A stretch of DNA of 64,000 nucleotides from an uncultured Pelagibacteraceae bacterium (GCA_902559075.1 CACEGO010000004.1:84-64083); one strand, 5' to 3'. Positions 10,542 to 26,079 are shown, counted from the first letter of the stretch. Translations and numbers: made by a program. The notes: generated by a model not told the origin, from the sequence alone.

Positions 10542-11504
10542 ATGACAAAAATATCTTTAATTGGCGCAGGCCAAATTGGTGGAACTCTTGCACATTTGAT
10601 AGGAACAAAAGAATTAGTTAATGAAGTAGTTTTGTTTGATGTAGCAAGTGGTGTTGCAAAAGGAAAAGCATTGGATATTGCCCAATCATCATCAGTGGAT
10701 GGTTTTAATGTAAAATTTTATGGAACTGACAATTATAAAGATATTAAAGATTCAGATGTGATAATAATAACAGCAGGTGTCCCAAGAAAGCCAGGAATGA
10801 GCAGAGATGATTTGCTAGGTATCAATTTAAAAATAATCAAACAGGTAGCAGAAGGAGTGAAGAAAAATGCTCCAAATGCCTTTGTAATTTGTATTACAAA
10901 TCCTTTGGATGTTATGGTTATGGCATTTCAAAAATTTTCAGGTTTACCAGCAAACAAAGTCGTTGGGATGGCTGGTATTTTAGATAGTTCGAGGTTTAAA
11001 TTATTTTTATCTCTAGAGTTAAACGTGCCAGTCAGAGAAATTGATGCAATGGTTATGGGTGGTCATGGTGACACCATGGTACCAATGCCAAGATTTACAA
11101 AAATCTCAGGCAAACCATTATTAGATCTTGTAAAGGATGGAACAATTTCTTCAGAAAGAGTTGAGGAAATTAATCAAAGAACAAGAGATGGAGGCGCTGA
11201 GATAGTTAAATATTTAGAGAAAGGATCTGCCTTTTATGCGCCAGCTGCATCTGGTGTTCAAATGGCAGAGGCTTATTTAAATGATCATAAAAAATTACTA
11301 CCTTGTGCAGTTCAATTAAATGGAGAATATGGTGTACAAAATGTATACGCAGGTGTTCCTGTTGTCATTGGAAAAGATGGTGTAGAAAAAATCAAAGAGA
11401 TTGATTTAGATGATAAAGAAAAAAAAGAATTTATGCATTCTATAGATGCTGTAAAAGCTCTATGGGAAGCTGCATCTAAAATAGATCCTGATTTATCTAA
11501 ATAA
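10542..11504 (+). CDS. mdh: Malate dehydrogenase (LDH-like)
   Basis: [27 protein letters not shown]. Confidence 0.97.
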   Translation: MTKISLIGAGQIGGTLAHLIGTKELVNEVVLFDVASGVAKGKALDIAQSSSVDGFNVKFYGTDNYKDIKDSDVIIITAGVPRKPGMSRDDLLGINLKIIKQVAEGVKKNAPNAFVICITNPLDVMVMAFQKFSGLPANKVVGMAGILDSSRFKLFLSLELNVPVREIDAMVMGGHGDTMVPMPRFTKISGKPLLDLVKDGTISSERVEEINQRTRDGGAEIVKYLEKGSAFYAPAASGVQMAEAYLNDHKKLLPCAVQLNGEYGVQNVYAGVPVVIGKDGVEKIKEIDLDDKEKKEFMHSIDAVKALWEAASKIDPDLSK

Positions 11505-11506
11505 TA

Positions 11507-12667
11507 ATGAATATTCACGAGCATCAAGCTAAACAAATTTTAAAAAAATTTGGTGCTGTAGTTCCAGAAGGAGTATTTGCTCTAAATGTTAATGAACTTA
11601 TTGAAAAAGTAAAAACACTAAAAACTAAAAAATATGTTCTTAAAGCACAAATTCATGCTGGAGGTAGAGGAAAAGCTGGTGGTGTAAAAATTTTAAATAC
11701 TATAGAGGAATTAACTATAGCAGCCAATGAATTGTTGGGTAAAACATTAGTTACTCATCAAACTGGTCCTGAAGGTAGGGAGGTTAAAAGATTATATGTC
11801 GAAGAATCTTCAAATATAGATAAAGAATTTTACCTATCCTGTCTAGTAGATAGGGCTAGTTCTAAAATTGCATTTATATCGAGCGATCAAGGAGGAATGG
11901 ATATTGAAGAGGTTGCAAGTAGTTCACCTGAGAAAATTATAACAACAAAAGTTAATATGGGTGACGAAATTTCTGATACAGATTGTAAAAAAATAATTCA
12001 AATTTTTAATTTAAATGATGATACACAAAAACTAGCGATATCATTAATTAAATCAATTTATAAAATGTTTATTAGTACTGATGCAAATATGGTTGAGGTA
12101 AATCCATTAATTTTGACAAAAGAGCAAAAAATTGTTTGTTTAGATGCAAAAGTGAATTTCGATTCAAATGCATTGTTTAGACATCCAGAAATTGTTGAAT
12201 TGAGAGATTTAAATGAGGAAGATCCTACTGAGATTGAAGCTAGCAAACATGATCTTGCTTATATTAAATTAGATGGAAGTATCGGCTGCATGGTAAATGG
12301 AGCAGGATTAGCGATGGCAACAATGGATATAATAAAATTATACGGTAAAGAACCGGCAAATTTTTTAGATGTAGGAGGTGGAGCATCTAAAGAAAAAGTA
12401 TCTGCTGCATTAAAAATAATTCTCTCAGATAAAAATGTCAAAGGTATTCTAATAAATATTTTTGGTGGAATTATGAGATGTGATGTTCTTGCTCAAGGAG
12501 TAGTTGATGCAGCTAAAGAAATTAACATTAGTGTACCTTTAGTTGTAAGACTTGCGGGAACAAATTTTAAAGAAGGAAAAGAAATTCTTGATAATTCTGG
12601 TTTGAAATTAATTTCTGCTGAAAATTTAGACGATGCAGCAAAAAAAATTGTTGAGGCAATTAAATAA
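11507..12667 (+). CDS. sucC: Succinyl-CoA synthetase beta subunit
   Basis: [40 protein letters not shown]. Confidence 0.98.
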   Translation: MNIHEHQAKQILKKFGAVVPEGVFALNVNELIEKVKTLKTKKYVLKAQIHAGGRGKAGGVKILNTIEELTIAANELLGKTLVTHQTGPEGREVKRLYVEESSNIDKEFYLSCLVDRASSKIAFISSDQGGMDIEEVASSSPEKIITTKVNMGDEISDTDCKKIIQIFNLNDDTQKLAISLIKSIYKMFISTDANMVEVNPLILTKEQKIVCLDAKVNFDSNALFRHPEIVELRDLNEEDPTEIEASKHDLAYIKLDGSIGCMVNGAGLAMATMDIIKLYGKEPANFLDVGGGASKEKVSAALKIILSDKNVKGILINIFGGIMRCDVLAQGVVDAAKEINISVPLVVRLAGTNFKEGKEILDNSGLKLISAENLDDAAKKIVEAIK

Positions 12668-13542
12668 TGTCAGTTTTAGTTAACAAAAATACAAAAGTAA
12701 TTTGCCAAGGATTTACAGGATCTCATGGGACTTTTCATTCTGAACAAGCCATAAAATATGGAACCAATTTAGTTGGTGGTGTCACACCAAAAAAAGGTGG
12801 TCAAAAACATTTAGATAGACCAGTTTTTAATAGCGTAATAGAAGCAAAAAATGAAGTTGGGGCAGATGCAACTATGATTTATGTTCCAGCAAAATTTGCC
12901 GCAGCTGCAATAATAGAAGCAATTGAAGCATCAATTGAACTTATTGTTTGTATAACTGAGGGAATACCCGTTCAGGACATGCTTAAGGTAAGGCAAAAAT
13001 TAAATAATTCGAATAGTAGATTGATTGGACCTAATTGCCCAGGAATTATTACACCAGATGAATGTAAAATTGGAATAATGCCAGGCAATATTCATAAAAG
13101 AGGAACTGTTGGTATTGTTTCAAGATCAGGTACTTTAACTTATGAGGCAGTGGCTCAAACAACAGAAAATGGACTTGGTCAATCTACTTGTATTGGCATA
13201 GGTGGAGATCCAATAAATGGTACAAATTTTATAGATTGTTTAGATTTATTTTTAAATGACGATGAAACGCAGTCTATTTTAATGATTGGAGAAATAGGGG
13301 GAACAGCAGAGGAAGAAGCTTCAGAATTTTTAAAAAATCATAAAATTAAAAAACCAATAGTTGGGTTTATTGCAGGAATTACCGCCCCACCAGGAAGAAG
13401 AATGGGGCATGCAGGTGCAATAATTTCTGGTGGAAAAGGTGGTGCCGAAAATAAAATTAAAAAAATGGAAGAATGTGGCATTACTGTTGCTAAATCACCA
13501 TCAATAATTGGCAAAACTTTATATAATAAACTGTCTAATTGA
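12667..13542 (+). CDS. sucD: Succinyl-CoA synthetase alpha subunit
   Basis: QGFTG, GPNCPG, SRSGTL, MGHAGA. Confidence 0.98.
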   Translation: MSVLVNKNTKVICQGFTGSHGTFHSEQAIKYGTNLVGGVTPKKGGQKHLDRPVFNSVIEAKNEVGADATMIYVPAKFAAAAIIEAIEASIELIVCITEGIPVQDMLKVRQKLNNSNSRLIGPNCPGIITPDECKIGIMPGNIHKRGTVGIVSRSGTLTYEAVAQTTENGLGQSTCIGIGGDPINGTNFIDCLDLFLNDDETQSILMIGEIGGTAEEEASEFLKNHKIKKPIVGFIAGITAPPGRRMGHAGAIISGGKGGAENKIKKMEECGITVAKSPSIIGKTLYNKLSN

Positions 13543-13579
13543 AAAATAATATTAGGGCTATATATTAAATAATATAAAG

Positions 13580-16498
13580 ATGTCTTCATCAAAAAATCTC
13601 GAGTTCGAAAAAACTTCATTTTTAAATAAGTCAAATAGTGCGTTTATAGAACAGATGTACTTAAAGTTCTTAAACAAAGACCCCAATCTTCCTGAAGGTT
13701 GGGCAAATTATTTTGAAGGAATTGGTGAAGAAATAAATGTAATAGCAAATGAGATTAACGGACCCTCATGGAGCCCAAAAAAAAATAAAATTGATATTGA
13801 CGAATTACAGAAAAAAATTGAAGAAGAGGACAAAAATAACTTTAATAACAATAAAGTTGATATATCTGAAAAATTTAACTTTCAATTATTGGCGGACTCA
13901 AATAAAGACTCAATCAGTGCAGTTGCCTTAATAAGAGCTTATAGACTTAGAGGACACCTACTAGCAGATCTTGATCCTTTAGAGATGAGAGAGTCTGAAT
14001 ATTTAGATGAACTTCATCCTGAATTTTATGGTTTTAAAAAAGAAAATTATGACAAACAAATTTTTCTTAATGGAGTAATTAATCGTAAGTATGCAAATAT
14101 AAAAGAAATACTTAAATTTATGAAAAAAACCTATTGTGGAAAAATAGGTTATGAGTTTATGCATATTTCAAACCCAGTAGAAAGAAAATGGTTCAGGGAT
14201 AGGATTGAACAAGATAAAAATGCTCTTCAATTTACAAAAAATGGTAAAGAAGCAATTTTAAATAAATTAGTACAAGCAGAAGGTTTTGAAAAATTTTTAG
14301 CAACTAAATATGTTGGAACAAAAAGATTTGGTTTGGATGGTGGTGAAAGTTTAATACCGGCTCTTGAGCAAATAATCAAAATTGGTGGTCAAAATGAAAT
14401 TAAAGAAGTTAAAATTGGCATGTCTCATAGAGGAAGACTTAATGTTTTGGCAAACGTTTTGCAAAAATCATATAAAAGAATCTTTAATGAATTTACTGGT
14501 GAAATTAGTTCAGACTCAGAAGATGGTGCTGGAGATGTAAAATATCATCTTGGAGCATCATCTGATAGGGAGTTTGATGGAAATTCCGTTCATGTAAGTT
14601 TAACTGATAACCCTTCACACTTAGAGGCTGTGAACCCAGTTGTACTTGGACAAACAAGGGCAAAACAATTTTTCCATAAGGATAAACAAAGAAATAAAGT
14701 TATTCCAATATTAATTCATGGGGATGCAGCTTTTGCCGGACAAGGGGTTGTAGCAGAATGTTTTGCGATGTCTGGACTTCCTGGTCATAATACTGGTGGA
14801 ACTATTCATATTATTGTGAACAATCAAATTGGTTTTACCACAAGCCCAAGATTTGCCAGATCTTCACCTTACCCATCTGATGTTGCGAAAATGGTTGAGG
14901 CACCAATTTTACATGTGAATGGTGATGACCCAGAAGCAGTTGTTTATGCGACTAGAATTGCTACAGAATTTAGATTAAAATTTAATAGGGACGTTGTTGT
15001 AGACCTAATTTGTTATAGAAGATTTGGTCACAATGAGGGAGATGAGCCATCTTTCACTCAGCCTTTAATGTATAAAAAAATTAGGTCTCATCCAAGTGTC
15101 TATAAAATTTATGGAAATAAACTTGTCGCTGAAAAGTCAATTACCCAGGAATTATTAGATCAAAATGTAAAAAAATTTAAAGAACTGTTAGATGATCAGT
15201 ATAAAAGTGCAAAAGATTATAAGCCTAAAATTGAATGGTTTGAGGGTAGTTGGTCAAGATATAGACCAGAAAAAGGTAAAGATAAAAGAGGAGTTACAGG
15301 ATTTGACGAGGAAAAATTAAAAAATATCTCTGATAAAATAAATTCAATTCCTTTAGATAAAAATATTCATAAAACTATTTCTAAAATATTTAATTCTAGA
15401 AAAGATAGTATTGATAAAGGTATTGGAATTGATTGGTCCTCTGCTGAAGCTTTGGCATTTGGATCTTTGTTGGCGGAAGGTTATCCGGTAAGACTTGTTG
15501 GACAAGATTCTGGAAGGGGAACATTTAGTCAAAGACATTCTGTATTAAGAAATCAAATTGATAACTCTAGATATGTTCCATTAAATAATATTTCGAAAAA
15601 TCAAAAACAATTTGAGGTGGTTGATAGTTTTTTATCTGAACTTGCAGTCTTAGGCTTTGAGTATGGCTACAGTCTTGTAGAGCCAAATACATTAACAATA
15701 TGGGAAGCTCAATTCGGAGACTTTGCCAACGGAGCACAAGTAGTAATTGATCAATTTATTGCATCTGGAGAAAGAAAATGGAATAGAGCCTCAGGTATAG
15801 TTATGTTGCTACCACACGGTTACGAAGGACAAGGTCCAGAACATTCATCTGCTAGATTAGAAAGATTTTTGCAATTATGTTCTAACGATAATATGCAAGT
15901 TATGAATTGTACAACTCCAGCAAATTATTTTCATGCTTTGAGAAGACAAATGCACAGAGACTTCAGAAAACCCTTAATTATAATGACACCAAAGTCTTTA
16001 TTAAGAAATAAATATTGTCTTTCATACCTAGAGGATTTTAATAAAAAAAATTCTTTTCATAGAGTTTTATGGGACCATGCTATAGATCCTAAATCTAAAG
16101 GATTTATTAAATTAAAAGAGAGTTCTAAAATTAAAAAAGTGATACTTTGCTCTGGTAAAGTATATTTTGATTTATTAGATGCAAGAGAAAAGCTTAAAAG
16201 AGATGATGTGGTAATGTTTAGAATAGAACAATTGTATCCATTTCCAGCCAAAGCTTTAGTTAATGAATTAAAACCATATGCTAAAAACGCTGAATTTTTC
16301 TGGTGCCAAGAAGAACCAAAAAATATGGGTGCTTGGTTTTCAGTTAGAGATTATATCCAATGGACATTAGATACTATTAAGGCTAATAATAATAAAATTT
16401 CTTATATAGGAAGAAGCCCAGATGCAACACCTGCTACAGGATATGCTAAAAGGCATAATTCTCAACAACAAGAAATAATTAGTGAGGTTTTTAAATAA
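13580..16498 (+). CDS. sucA: 2-oxoglutarate dehydrogenase E1
   Basis: GMSHRGRLN, HGDAAFAGQG, GHNEGDEP, WEAQFGDF, GPEHSSAR. Confidence 0.98.
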   Translation: MSSSKNLEFEKTSFLNKSNSAFIEQMYLKFLNKDPNLPEGWANYFEGIGEEINVIANEINGPSWSPKKNKIDIDELQKKIEEEDKNNFNNNKVDISEKFNFQLLADSNKDSISAVALIRAYRLRGHLLADLDPLEMRESEYLDELHPEFYGFKKENYDKQIFLNGVINRKYANIKEILKFMKKTYCGKIGYEFMHISNPVERKWFRDRIEQDKNALQFTKNGKEAILNKLVQAEGFEKFLATKYVGTKRFGLDGGESLIPALEQIIKIGGQNEIKEVKIGMSHRGRLNVLANVLQKSYKRIFNEFTGEISSDSEDGAGDVKYHLGASSDREFDGNSVHVSLTDNPSHLEAVNPVVLGQTRAKQFFHKDKQRNKVIPILIHGDAAFAGQGVVAECFAMSGLPGHNTGGTIHIIVNNQIGFTTSPRFARSSPYPSDVAKMVEAPILHVNGDDPEAVVYATRIATEFRLKFNRDVVVDLICYRRFGHNEGDEPSFTQPLMYKKIRSHPSVYKIYGNKLVAEKSITQELLDQNVKKFKELLDDQYKSAKDYKPKIEWFEGSWSRYRPEKGKDKRGVTGFDEEKLKNISDKINSIPLDKNIHKTISKIFNSRKDSIDKGIGIDWSSAEALAFGSLLAEGYPVRLVGQDSGRGTFSQRHSVLRNQIDNSRYVPLNNISKNQKQFEVVDSFLSELAVLGFEYGYSLVEPNTLTIWEAQFGDFANGAQVVIDQFIASGERKWNRASGIVMLLPHGYEGQGPEHSSARLERFLQLCSNDNMQVMNCTTPANYFHALRRQMHRDFRKPLIIMTPKSLLRNKYCLSYLEDFNKKNSFHRVLWDHAIDPKSKGFIKLKESSKIKKVILCSGKVYFDLLDAREKLKRDDVVMFRIEQLYPFPAKALVNELKPYAKNAEFFWCQEEPKNMGAWFSVRDYIQWTLDTIKANNNKISYIGRSPDATPATGYAKRHNSQQQEIISEVFK

Positions 16499-16504
16499 AT
16501 TATA

Positions 16505-17806
16505 ATGATTGAAAAAATAGTAGTCCCAGTACTTGGAGAAAGTATTACAGAAGCTACTGTTGCAAAATGGCTAAAAAATCCAGGGGATTCTGTTGAGGCA
16601 GATGAACCAATTGTAGAGCTTGAAACAGATAAAGTAAATTTAGAAGTTCCTTCACCAATTACAGGGGTATTATCAGAGATAAATTCAAAAGACGGATCAG
16701 TTGTTGAAGTTGGTGCATTGCTAGGCTCTGTATCTGATGATGGAGTTAGTGAAAGCCCTGTAGTTAAAAAGCAAGAAAACAACAAAAATGCTGACGAAAA
16801 AACTAATGATAATAATGTAATTAAGTTAGACACAAATAAGAAAGAACCAAGAATTTTTGAAAATAGAACAACAGAAAAACAAGAAAAAGAAAAACCACTG
16901 GTTTTAACCGAGGAGGTTGTTCAAGAAGCTTCTGCTAAAAAAGAGACAAATCAAACTTTATCACCTGCGGTAAGAAAAATTGTTGTTGAAAATAAAATAG
17001 ATGTTAATGCAATTCAAGGCACTGGAAAAGATGGGAGAGTCTTGAAAGGTGATTTGATCGGACTGATGGGCGCAAATCCAAAACCATCAGAGAGAAAAAT
17101 TCAATATGGTCAAGAAGAAAGAATTAAGATGACTAGATTGAGACAGACAATTGCTAAAAGATTAAAACAAGCTCAAGAGAACGCAGCATTATTAACAACA
17201 TTTAATGAAGTAGACATGAGTAGTGTAATGGAAATGAGAAAAGAAAATCAAGAAGATTTTCAATCTCGATATGGAATAAAATTAGGATTTATGTCTTTCT
17301 TTGTAAAAGCATGTATTGTAGCTCTAAAAAATTTCCCAGCTGTGAATGCTGAAATTGATGGAGATGAAATTATTTACAAAAATTACTATAATATAAGTTT
17401 TGCTGTCGGGACTGATAAGGGTTTAGTTGTTCCAGTATTAAGGAATGCTGATGAATTATCATTTGCCGATATTGAGAAAAATATTAAAGAAATCTCTGAA
17501 AAGGCAAGAGACGGTAAACTTACAATTGAAGATCTTCAGGGAGGAACTTTTACAATAAGTAATGGTGGAGTTTATGGCTCAATGTTATCAACTCCAATTT
17601 TAAATCTTCCTCAATCAGGCGTATTGGGAATGCATAATATCGTTGAAAGACCTGTTGTTGTAGATGGAGAAATAAAAATAAGACCTATAATGTACCTAGC
17701 GTTATCTTATGACCACAGAATAATAGATGGAAAGGAATCAGTATCATTTCTTAAAATGATTAAAGAAAATTTGGAAGATCCAAGAAGGTTGTTTTTAGAT
17801 ATTTAA
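16505..17806 (+). CDS. sucB: Dihydrolipoyllysine succinyltransferase E2
   Basis: Lipoyl ETDKV, E3-binding GTGKDGRV, catalytic DHRIIDG. Confidence 0.97.
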   Translation: MIEKIVVPVLGESITEATVAKWLKNPGDSVEADEPIVELETDKVNLEVPSPITGVLSEINSKDGSVVEVGALLGSVSDDGVSESPVVKKQENNKNADEKTNDNNVIKLDTNKKEPRIFENRTTEKQEKEKPLVLTEEVVQEASAKKETNQTLSPAVRKIVVENKIDVNAIQGTGKDGRVLKGDLIGLMGANPKPSERKIQYGQEERIKMTRLRQTIAKRLKQAQENAALLTTFNEVDMSSVMEMRKENQEDFQSRYGIKLGFMSFFVKACIVALKNFPAVNAEIDGDEIIYKNYYNISFAVGTDKGLVVPVLRNADELSFADIEKNIKEISEKARDGKLTIEDLQGGTFTISNGGVYGSMLSTPILNLPQSGVLGMHNIVERPVVVDGEIKIRPIMYLALSYDHRIIDGKESVSFLKMIKENLEDPRRLFLDI

Positions 17807-19207
17807 ATGTCAGAAAAATTTCAAGCAGTTGTAATAGGAGGTGGCCCAGGAGGCTATGTATGTGCAATACGACTTGCTCAGTTAGGTTTAAAAACTGCAT
17901 GTATAGAGTCTAGAGGATCTCTTGGAGGTACATGCTTAAATGTTGGTTGTATTCCATCAAAAAGCTTACTCAATTTGTCAGAGGAATTTCATAAAGTAAA
18001 AGGTTTAGCAAAAAAAGGTATAGAGATTGGAGAAGTAAAACTAAATCTTGATAAAATGATGAAAAGCAAAGATAAAGCAGTGACAGTTCTCACAAAAGGA
18101 GTTGAGTTTCTTTTAAAAAAAAACAAGGTTACTTACTTTAAAGGCCATGGGAGCTTTAAATCTAAAAATGAAATTTTAATCAAGGATGATCAAAATAAAG
18201 AGACAGTAATACAAACTGAAAAAACAATTATAGCCACAGGGTCTGTGCCAGTCTCTTTGCCTGGAATTGAAATTGATGAAAAAGTAATAGTTTCATCAAC
18301 AGGTGCTTTAAAATTAGAAAAAGTTCCTAATAAAATGTTAGTTGTTGGAGGTGGATATATTGGTCTTGAGATGGGATCTGTATGGTCAAGACTTGGTGCA
18401 AATGTAGAAGTTGTTGAGTTTTTAGATCATATAACTCCTGGCATGGATAAAGAAATTTCATCTGAATTTATGAAGATTTTAAAAAAACAGGGAATGAAAT
18501 TTAATATGCAAAATAAAGTTGAATCAATTAAAAAAAATAATAATGCCGCATTAGTTTCAACGGTAGATAAAGATGGTAACAAAAATAATTTTGAATGTGA
18601 TGTCGTTTTAATTTCTGTAGGAAGAAAACCTAATACAGATGGTTTAAATTTAGAGGCTATAGGAGTAAATATTGATGAAAAAAATAGAATTAAAACAGAT
18701 AAAACATTTAAAACAAATGTTGAAAATATTTATGCTATAGGTGATGTGATTGTTGGTCCAATGCTTGCGCATAAAGCAGAGGATGAAGGTATAGCTGTTG
18801 CGGAAAATATAGTTGGTCAATCAGGACATGTAAATTACGATACAATTCCAGGGGTGATTTATACAACACCAGAAGTAGCATCAATAGGTAAAACTGAGGA
18901 ACAATTAAAAGAATTAAATAAAAAATATAAAGTAGGAAAATTTTCGTTTATGGCTAACTCGAGAGCCAAGGCTATAGATGATGCAGAAGGTTTTGTTAAA
19001 ATTTTAGCTGACGAGGAAACAGATAAGGTGTTAGGTGCACATATAATTGGTCCTCATGCAGGAGAATTAATCGCTGAAATAGGTGTTGCAATGGAATTTG
19101 GAGCAAGCGCAGAAGATATTGCTAGAACTTGTCACGCTCATCCAACTTTTTCTGAAGCTGTTAAAGAGGCTGCGTTATCAGTAGATAAAAGAGCAATACA
19201 CTCTTAA
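17807..19207 (+). CDS. lpdA: Dihydrolipoyl dehydrogenase E3
   Basis: [27 protein letters not shown]. Confidence 0.98.
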   Translation: MSEKFQAVVIGGGPGGYVCAIRLAQLGLKTACIESRGSLGGTCLNVGCIPSKSLLNLSEEFHKVKGLAKKGIEIGEVKLNLDKMMKSKDKAVTVLTKGVEFLLKKNKVTYFKGHGSFKSKNEILIKDDQNKETVIQTEKTIIATGSVPVSLPGIEIDEKVIVSSTGALKLEKVPNKMLVVGGGYIGLEMGSVWSRLGANVEVVEFLDHITPGMDKEISSEFMKILKKQGMKFNMQNKVESIKKNNNAALVSTVDKDGNKNNFECDVVLISVGRKPNTDGLNLEAIGVNIDEKNRIKTDKTFKTNVENIYAIGDVIVGPMLAHKAEDEGIAVAENIVGQSGHVNYDTIPGVIYTTPEVASIGKTEEQLKELNKKYKVGKFSFMANSRAKAIDDAEGFVKILADEETDKVLGAHIIGPHAGELIAEIGVAMEFGASAEDIARTCHAHPTFSEAVKEAALSVDKRAIHS

Positions 19208-19229
19208 TTTTTTTTCATATTATAAAAAT

Positions 19230-21185
19230 ATGAAATATCCGATTCTTTTACCAAATATTTTTAATCATCCATTTACCTATGAAAGTAAAATTAATCTTAA
19301 AGTTGGTGATTTTGTTTTAGTACCTTTTGGAAAATCAAAAATAACAGGGATTGTTTGGAATGAGTTTGAAAAAAATAACAATAAAAAGTTTAAAATAAAA
19401 AGTGTTTTAAGAAAATTAGATGTTTCACCTTTAAAAAAAAATACAATAAATTTTTTAAATTGGTTTGCCGAGTATAATCTTATTCCAAAAGGGATGGCAT
19501 TAAAACTTATTTTATTGAGTAGCAATGCAATAGAAAAAAAGGAAAAAAAAATTTATGAGCCGTTCGATAATAAAATAAAAAAAAATTCTATTAAACTATC
19601 GCTTAGTCAAAATAAATCTTTAGAAAAAATGAACAGTTCTAATAAAAAATTTAGGGTTCACGTTTTACAAGGTACAACTGGCTCAGGAAAAACTTTAGTT
19701 TATTTCGAGGCGTTAAAACCATTGATAGAGAAGGGTTTTCAGGGTTTAATTTTGCTACCAGAAATAGGTTTGACCAGTCAGTTTGAGCAAAAATTTTTAG
19801 AATATTTTGGATTTAACCCAGCAATCTGGCACTCTGGTATTTCAAAGAAAAAAAAGGAAATAATCTGGAGTGGAATTTCTAGTGGTGAAATAAAAATTAT
19901 AATTGGTGCAAGATCATCCTTATTTTTACCATTTAAGCAATTAGGAATAATAATTGTTGATGAAGAGCATGATCAATCCTTTAAACAAGATGAAGGTGTA
20001 ACATATAATGCGCGTGATATGGCAATTTCAAGAGCAGCTTTTGAAAATATTCCTATAAATTTGGTTACAGCAGTTCCATCTATAGAAACTTTTGAAAATA
20101 TTAAAAAGGGTAAATATGAAGTTTCTAGATTAAGTGAGAGATATAAAAATGCAGCATTACCCAATTTTGAGATTATTAATTTAAATGATACAAAACTTGA
20201 AAAGCAATCATGGTTATCAAATAAGATTATTGAAAAAGTTAATTTTCATTTAGAAAAAAAAGATCAAGTTTTATTTTTTTTAAATAGAAGAGGGTTTTCC
20301 CCAAATGTTATATGTAATAAATGTTTTACAACCTGTTCATGTCCTAATTGTACAATTAATCTAGTTTATCATAAAAAGAAAAATAATTTGTTATGCCATT
20401 ATTGCGGATTTAAATCAAATTTAAGTCGAGATTGTGTAAAAGATGGTAAATGTGAATTTATTTTTAGTGGACCAGGAGTTGAAAGAATTTCGGAGGAAGT
20501 AAAAAGAAAATTTCCTGATAAAAAAATTGAAATTTTTTCCAGTGATACAATGAACAAAAAAGATTCGAAAGAAAAAATACAAAAAATAATTAATAATGAA
20601 ACTCAGATTTTAGTTGGAACGCAACTAATTTCTAAAGGATTTCACTTTCCTTATTTAAATTGTATTGTGGTTGTAGATATTGATCTTTCTTCCCAGGGAC
20701 ATGATTTAAGAGGAGCTGAAAAAAATTTACAACTCTATCATCAACTATCTGGAAGAGCTGGCAGAACTGGAAAGCCAGCTACAGTTTATTTTCAAACTTA
20801 TGAAAATAATTCAAAAATGATTTATGAATTAACTAATGAAAATCCAGATATTTTTTTAGATAGAGAGCTAGAGATAAGAAAAAAAAATAAGCTTCCTCCA
20901 TATCAAAGATTTATTTCTTTAATTTTAACTGGAGAAAATGAAAATAAATTAGAAAAGGAAGCTTTCACTTTTAAAAACTTTATTGAAAATAAAATAGAAG
21001 GAAAGATTTTGGGTCCTGTAAATGCACCTTTGTTTAGACTAAAGAAAAAATTTAGAATAAGATTTTTGATAAGGGGTCCAAAATCAATGAAAATGCAGAC
21101 TTCTTTGGCAAAAATTATACCAAAATTTAAATTTTCTAACGGAATAAAACTTTCAGTTGATGTTGATCCAATAAACTTCAATTAA
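19230..21185 (+). CDS. priA: Primosomal protein N' (replication restart helicase)
   Basis: GTTGSGKT, DEEHD, LNRRGF, Cys-rich Zn region, GRAGR, VDVDP. Confidence 0.95.
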   Translation: MKYPILLPNIFNHPFTYESKINLKVGDFVLVPFGKSKITGIVWNEFEKNNNKKFKIKSVLRKLDVSPLKKNTINFLNWFAEYNLIPKGMALKLILLSSNAIEKKEKKIYEPFDNKIKKNSIKLSLSQNKSLEKMNSSNKKFRVHVLQGTTGSGKTLVYFEALKPLIEKGFQGLILLPEIGLTSQFEQKFLEYFGFNPAIWHSGISKKKKEIIWSGISSGEIKIIIGARSSLFLPFKQLGIIIVDEEHDQSFKQDEGVTYNARDMAISRAAFENIPINLVTAVPSIETFENIKKGKYEVSRLSERYKNAALPNFEIINLNDTKLEKQSWLSNKIIEKVNFHLEKKDQVLFFLNRRGFSPNVICNKCFTTCSCPNCTINLVYHKKKNNLLCHYCGFKSNLSRDCVKDGKCEFIFSGPGVERISEEVKRKFPDKKIEIFSSDTMNKKDSKEKIQKIINNETQILVGTQLISKGFHFPYLNCIVVVDIDLSSQGHDLRGAEKNLQLYHQLSGRAGRTGKPATVYFQTYENNSKMIYELTNENPDIFLDRELEIRKKNKLPPYQRFISLILTGENENKLEKEAFTFKNFIENKIEGKILGPVNAPLFRLKKKFRIRFLIRGPKSMKMQTSLAKIIPKFKFSNGIKLSVDVDPINFN

Positions 21186-21220
21186 CCCCTTAAAATTAGA
21201 GTTTTTTGTAAATCAGTCAC

Positions 21221-21249
21221 TTGAAGAGGTCAGGGTCATATGTTATTTA
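21221..21249 (+). promoter_or_regulatory. Putative sigma70 promoter of the atpHAGDC operon
   Basis: (C)TTGAAG-17 nt-TATTTA with TG extended -10; AGGA SD-like motif before the TTG start. Confidence 0.5.
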
Positions 21250-21293
21250 GGGCGTGATTTTTAAATAATCTTCAACAATATATAGGAACAAAG

Positions 21294-21851
21294 TTGAGCA
21301 AAGATACTGGATTTTCAATTACTTCAGCCGAGAGGTATTCCCTCGCGCTTTTCGAACTGTCTGAGGAAAACAATTTATTAAGCCAGATAGAAGATCAATC
21401 TTCATCTGTATTAAATTTAATTAATCAAAGTGAAGATTTTTCTAGTCTAATCAAAGATCCAACTACCAATCAAGAAGATCTTTCAAAAGTGATAAATAAA
21501 ATTGCAGAAAATAATAAATTTGAAAATTTATTTAAAAACTTTCTAAATTTCTTAATTCAAAAGAGAAGATTCTTTTTTATTGAGCGTATTCTTAAAAGTT
21601 TTATTGAAATTTGTTCAAGAAAAAGAGGTGAACTTAAGGCAGAACTAAAGTCTGCAAAAGAATTATCAAGTAATGAAATAACAAAAATTACAGAAGAGTT
21701 AACAAAAAATTTTAGCTCAAAAATAAAATTAAACTATAAACATGACGAAAGTTTAATAGGGGGTTTAGTGGTACAAGTTGGAAGTACCATGGTCGATACC
21801 TCAATTAAAAATAAATTACAACAAATTGAAAACAGAATGATAGAGGCATAA
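21294..21851 (+). CDS. atpH: ATP synthase F1 delta subunit
   Basis: AERYSLALF, LIGGLVVQVGSTMVDTS; TTG start. Confidence 0.95.
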   Translation: MSKDTGFSITSAERYSLALFELSEENNLLSQIEDQSSSVLNLINQSEDFSSLIKDPTTNQEDLSKVINKIAENNKFENLFKNFLNFLIQKRRFFFIERILKSFIEICSRKRGELKAELKSAKELSSNEITKITEELTKNFSSKIKLNYKHDESLIGGLVVQVGSTMVDTSIKNKLQQIENRMIEA

Positions 21852-23387
21852 ATGGAAATAAATCCTTCAGAAGTTACAAAAATATTAAAAGAACAAATTA
21901 AAAATTTTGGCGATAAAGCAGAAGTTACAGAAGTCGGTCAAGTTTTATCAGTTGGAGATGGTATTGCTAGGATTTATGGATTAGATAATGTTCAAGCTGG
22001 TGAAATGGTAGAGTTTGCGGATGGCTCTAAAGGTATGGCTCTTAATCTAGAAAGTGAAAACGTTGGTGTTGTAATTTTTGGTGATGATAGAAATGTTAAA
22101 GAAGGTGATGTAGTAAAAAGAACAGGTAATATTGTTGATACCCCAGTTGGAAAAGAATTATTAGGCAGAGTAGTTGATGGTTTAGGAAATCCTATTGATG
22201 GTAAAGGACCATTAGACAAAGGTATTAAAAAAAGCAGGGTAGAAGTAAAAGCTCCTGGTATTATTCCTAGACAATCAGTTAGTGAACCAATGCAAACAGG
22301 TCTTAAATCAATTGACAGTTTAGTTCCAATTGGAAGAGGACAAAGGGAATTAATTATTGGCGATAGACAAACTGGAAAAACAGCTGTTGCGGTAGATGCA
22401 ATTATTAATCAAAAAAAAATCAATGAGTCTGGTGATGAAAAACAAAAACTGTATTGTATATACGTTGCAGTTGGACAAAAAAGATCAACGGTCAGACAAA
22501 TTCAAAAAACGTTGGAAGAAGCGGGTGCAATGGAGTACACAACAATCGTTGCTGCTACAGCATCTGACTCAGCTCCTCTGCAGTTTTTAGCGCCATATAC
22601 AGGTTGCACCATGGGTGAATATTTCAGAGATAATGGAATGCACGCATTAATAATTTATGATGATTTGTCTAAACAAGCGGTTGCTTATAGACAAATGTCT
22701 TTATTATTAAGAAGACCTCCAGGACGTGAAGCTTATCCAGGAGATGTGTTTTACCTACATAGCAGATTGCTAGAAAGAGCAGCGAAATTAAGTGATGAAC
22801 ATGGTGGTGGTTCACTTACTGCACTTCCAATAATCGAAACGCAAGGAGGAGATGTATCAGCATTTATTCCAACTAATGTTATTTCAATCACTGATGGTCA
22901 AATTTTCCTTGAAACAGAACTATTTAACCAAGGTATAAGACCAGCAATTAACGTAGGTTTATCAGTATCTAGGGTTGGATCATCTGCTCAAACTAAAGCG
23001 ATGAAAAAAGTTTCTGGTTCAATGAAATTAGAACTTGCACAGTATAGAGAAATGGCAGCATTTGCTCAATTTGGATCTGATCTTGATGCATCTACACAGC
23101 AACTTTTGAATAGAGGTTCAAAATTAACTGAACTTTTAAAACAAAAACAATATTCTCCTATGACCGTTGCAGAACAAGTTATATCAGTATTCTGTGGAGT
23201 AAAAGGTTATCTAGATGATATTGATTTAAAAGATGTTGCTGAATTTGAGAGCAAGATTATTGAAAAATGTAAATCAGATAAGCCTGAAATTATCGAGTCA
23301 ATTTTAAGTTCAGGAAAACTTGAGGAAGATAAAGAAAAATTACTTGTTGAGGTAATTACTCAATTAAAAGGAAATTTTAAATCTTAA
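21852..23387 (+). CDS. atpA: ATP synthase F1 alpha subunit
   Basis: [29 protein letters not shown]. Confidence 0.99.
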   Translation: MEINPSEVTKILKEQIKNFGDKAEVTEVGQVLSVGDGIARIYGLDNVQAGEMVEFADGSKGMALNLESENVGVVIFGDDRNVKEGDVVKRTGNIVDTPVGKELLGRVVDGLGNPIDGKGPLDKGIKKSRVEVKAPGIIPRQSVSEPMQTGLKSIDSLVPIGRGQRELIIGDRQTGKTAVAVDAIINQKKINESGDEKQKLYCIYVAVGQKRSTVRQIQKTLEEAGAMEYTTIVAATASDSAPLQFLAPYTGCTMGEYFRDNGMHALIIYDDLSKQAVAYRQMSLLLRRPPGREAYPGDVFYLHSRLLERAAKLSDEHGGGSLTALPIIETQGGDVSAFIPTNVISITDGQIFLETELFNQGIRPAINVGLSVSRVGSSAQTKAMKKVSGSMKLELAQYREMAAFAQFGSDLDASTQQLLNRGSKLTELLKQKQYSPMTVAEQVISVFCGVKGYLDDIDLKDVAEFESKIIEKCKSDKPEIIESILSSGKLEEDKEKLLVEVITQLKGNFKS

Positions 23388-23393
23388 TAATTT

Positions 23394-25686
<2,293 letters not shown>

Positions 25687-25687
<1 letters not shown>

Positions 25688-26079
25688 TGAGTGAAGAGTT
25701 TAAAGTTGAAATAGTAAATCCTGAAAAATCTTTTTTAGTAAAAGATGATGTTTCAGAAGTTGTGGTCCCTGCTTTTGAAGGAGAGATGGGAATATTGAAG
25801 GATCATATTTCTATTATTTCCTTTTTGAAACCTGGGATAATTAAGATTTTATCAAAATCAGGTGATGAAAATTACTATGTTGAAGATGGTATTGTTGAGT
25901 TCAAAAATAACAATCTATCTATTTTAACAAGTACAATTTTTAATCTTGCTGATATGGATAAATCAAAACAACAAGATTTACTTAAACAAGCAGAAGAAGA
26001 GGCTAATAAAACTGATATAAATGATCAATCTAAGTATTTAGCAGATCAAAAAGTTGAAGTTTTAAAAACTCTAAATTAA
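25687..26079 (+). CDS. atpC: ATP synthase F1 epsilon subunit
   Basis: EIVNPE, GEMGILKDH, LKPG; follows atpD. Confidence 0.93.

Noticed and set aside
21221-21275. Interrupted inverted repeat in the atpH leader (TTGAAGA...TTATTTA versus TAAATAATCTTCAA)
   Set aside because: The left arm is the promoter itself and would not be transcribed; the arms are AT-rich and split by a 15-nt bulge, so chance is likely.
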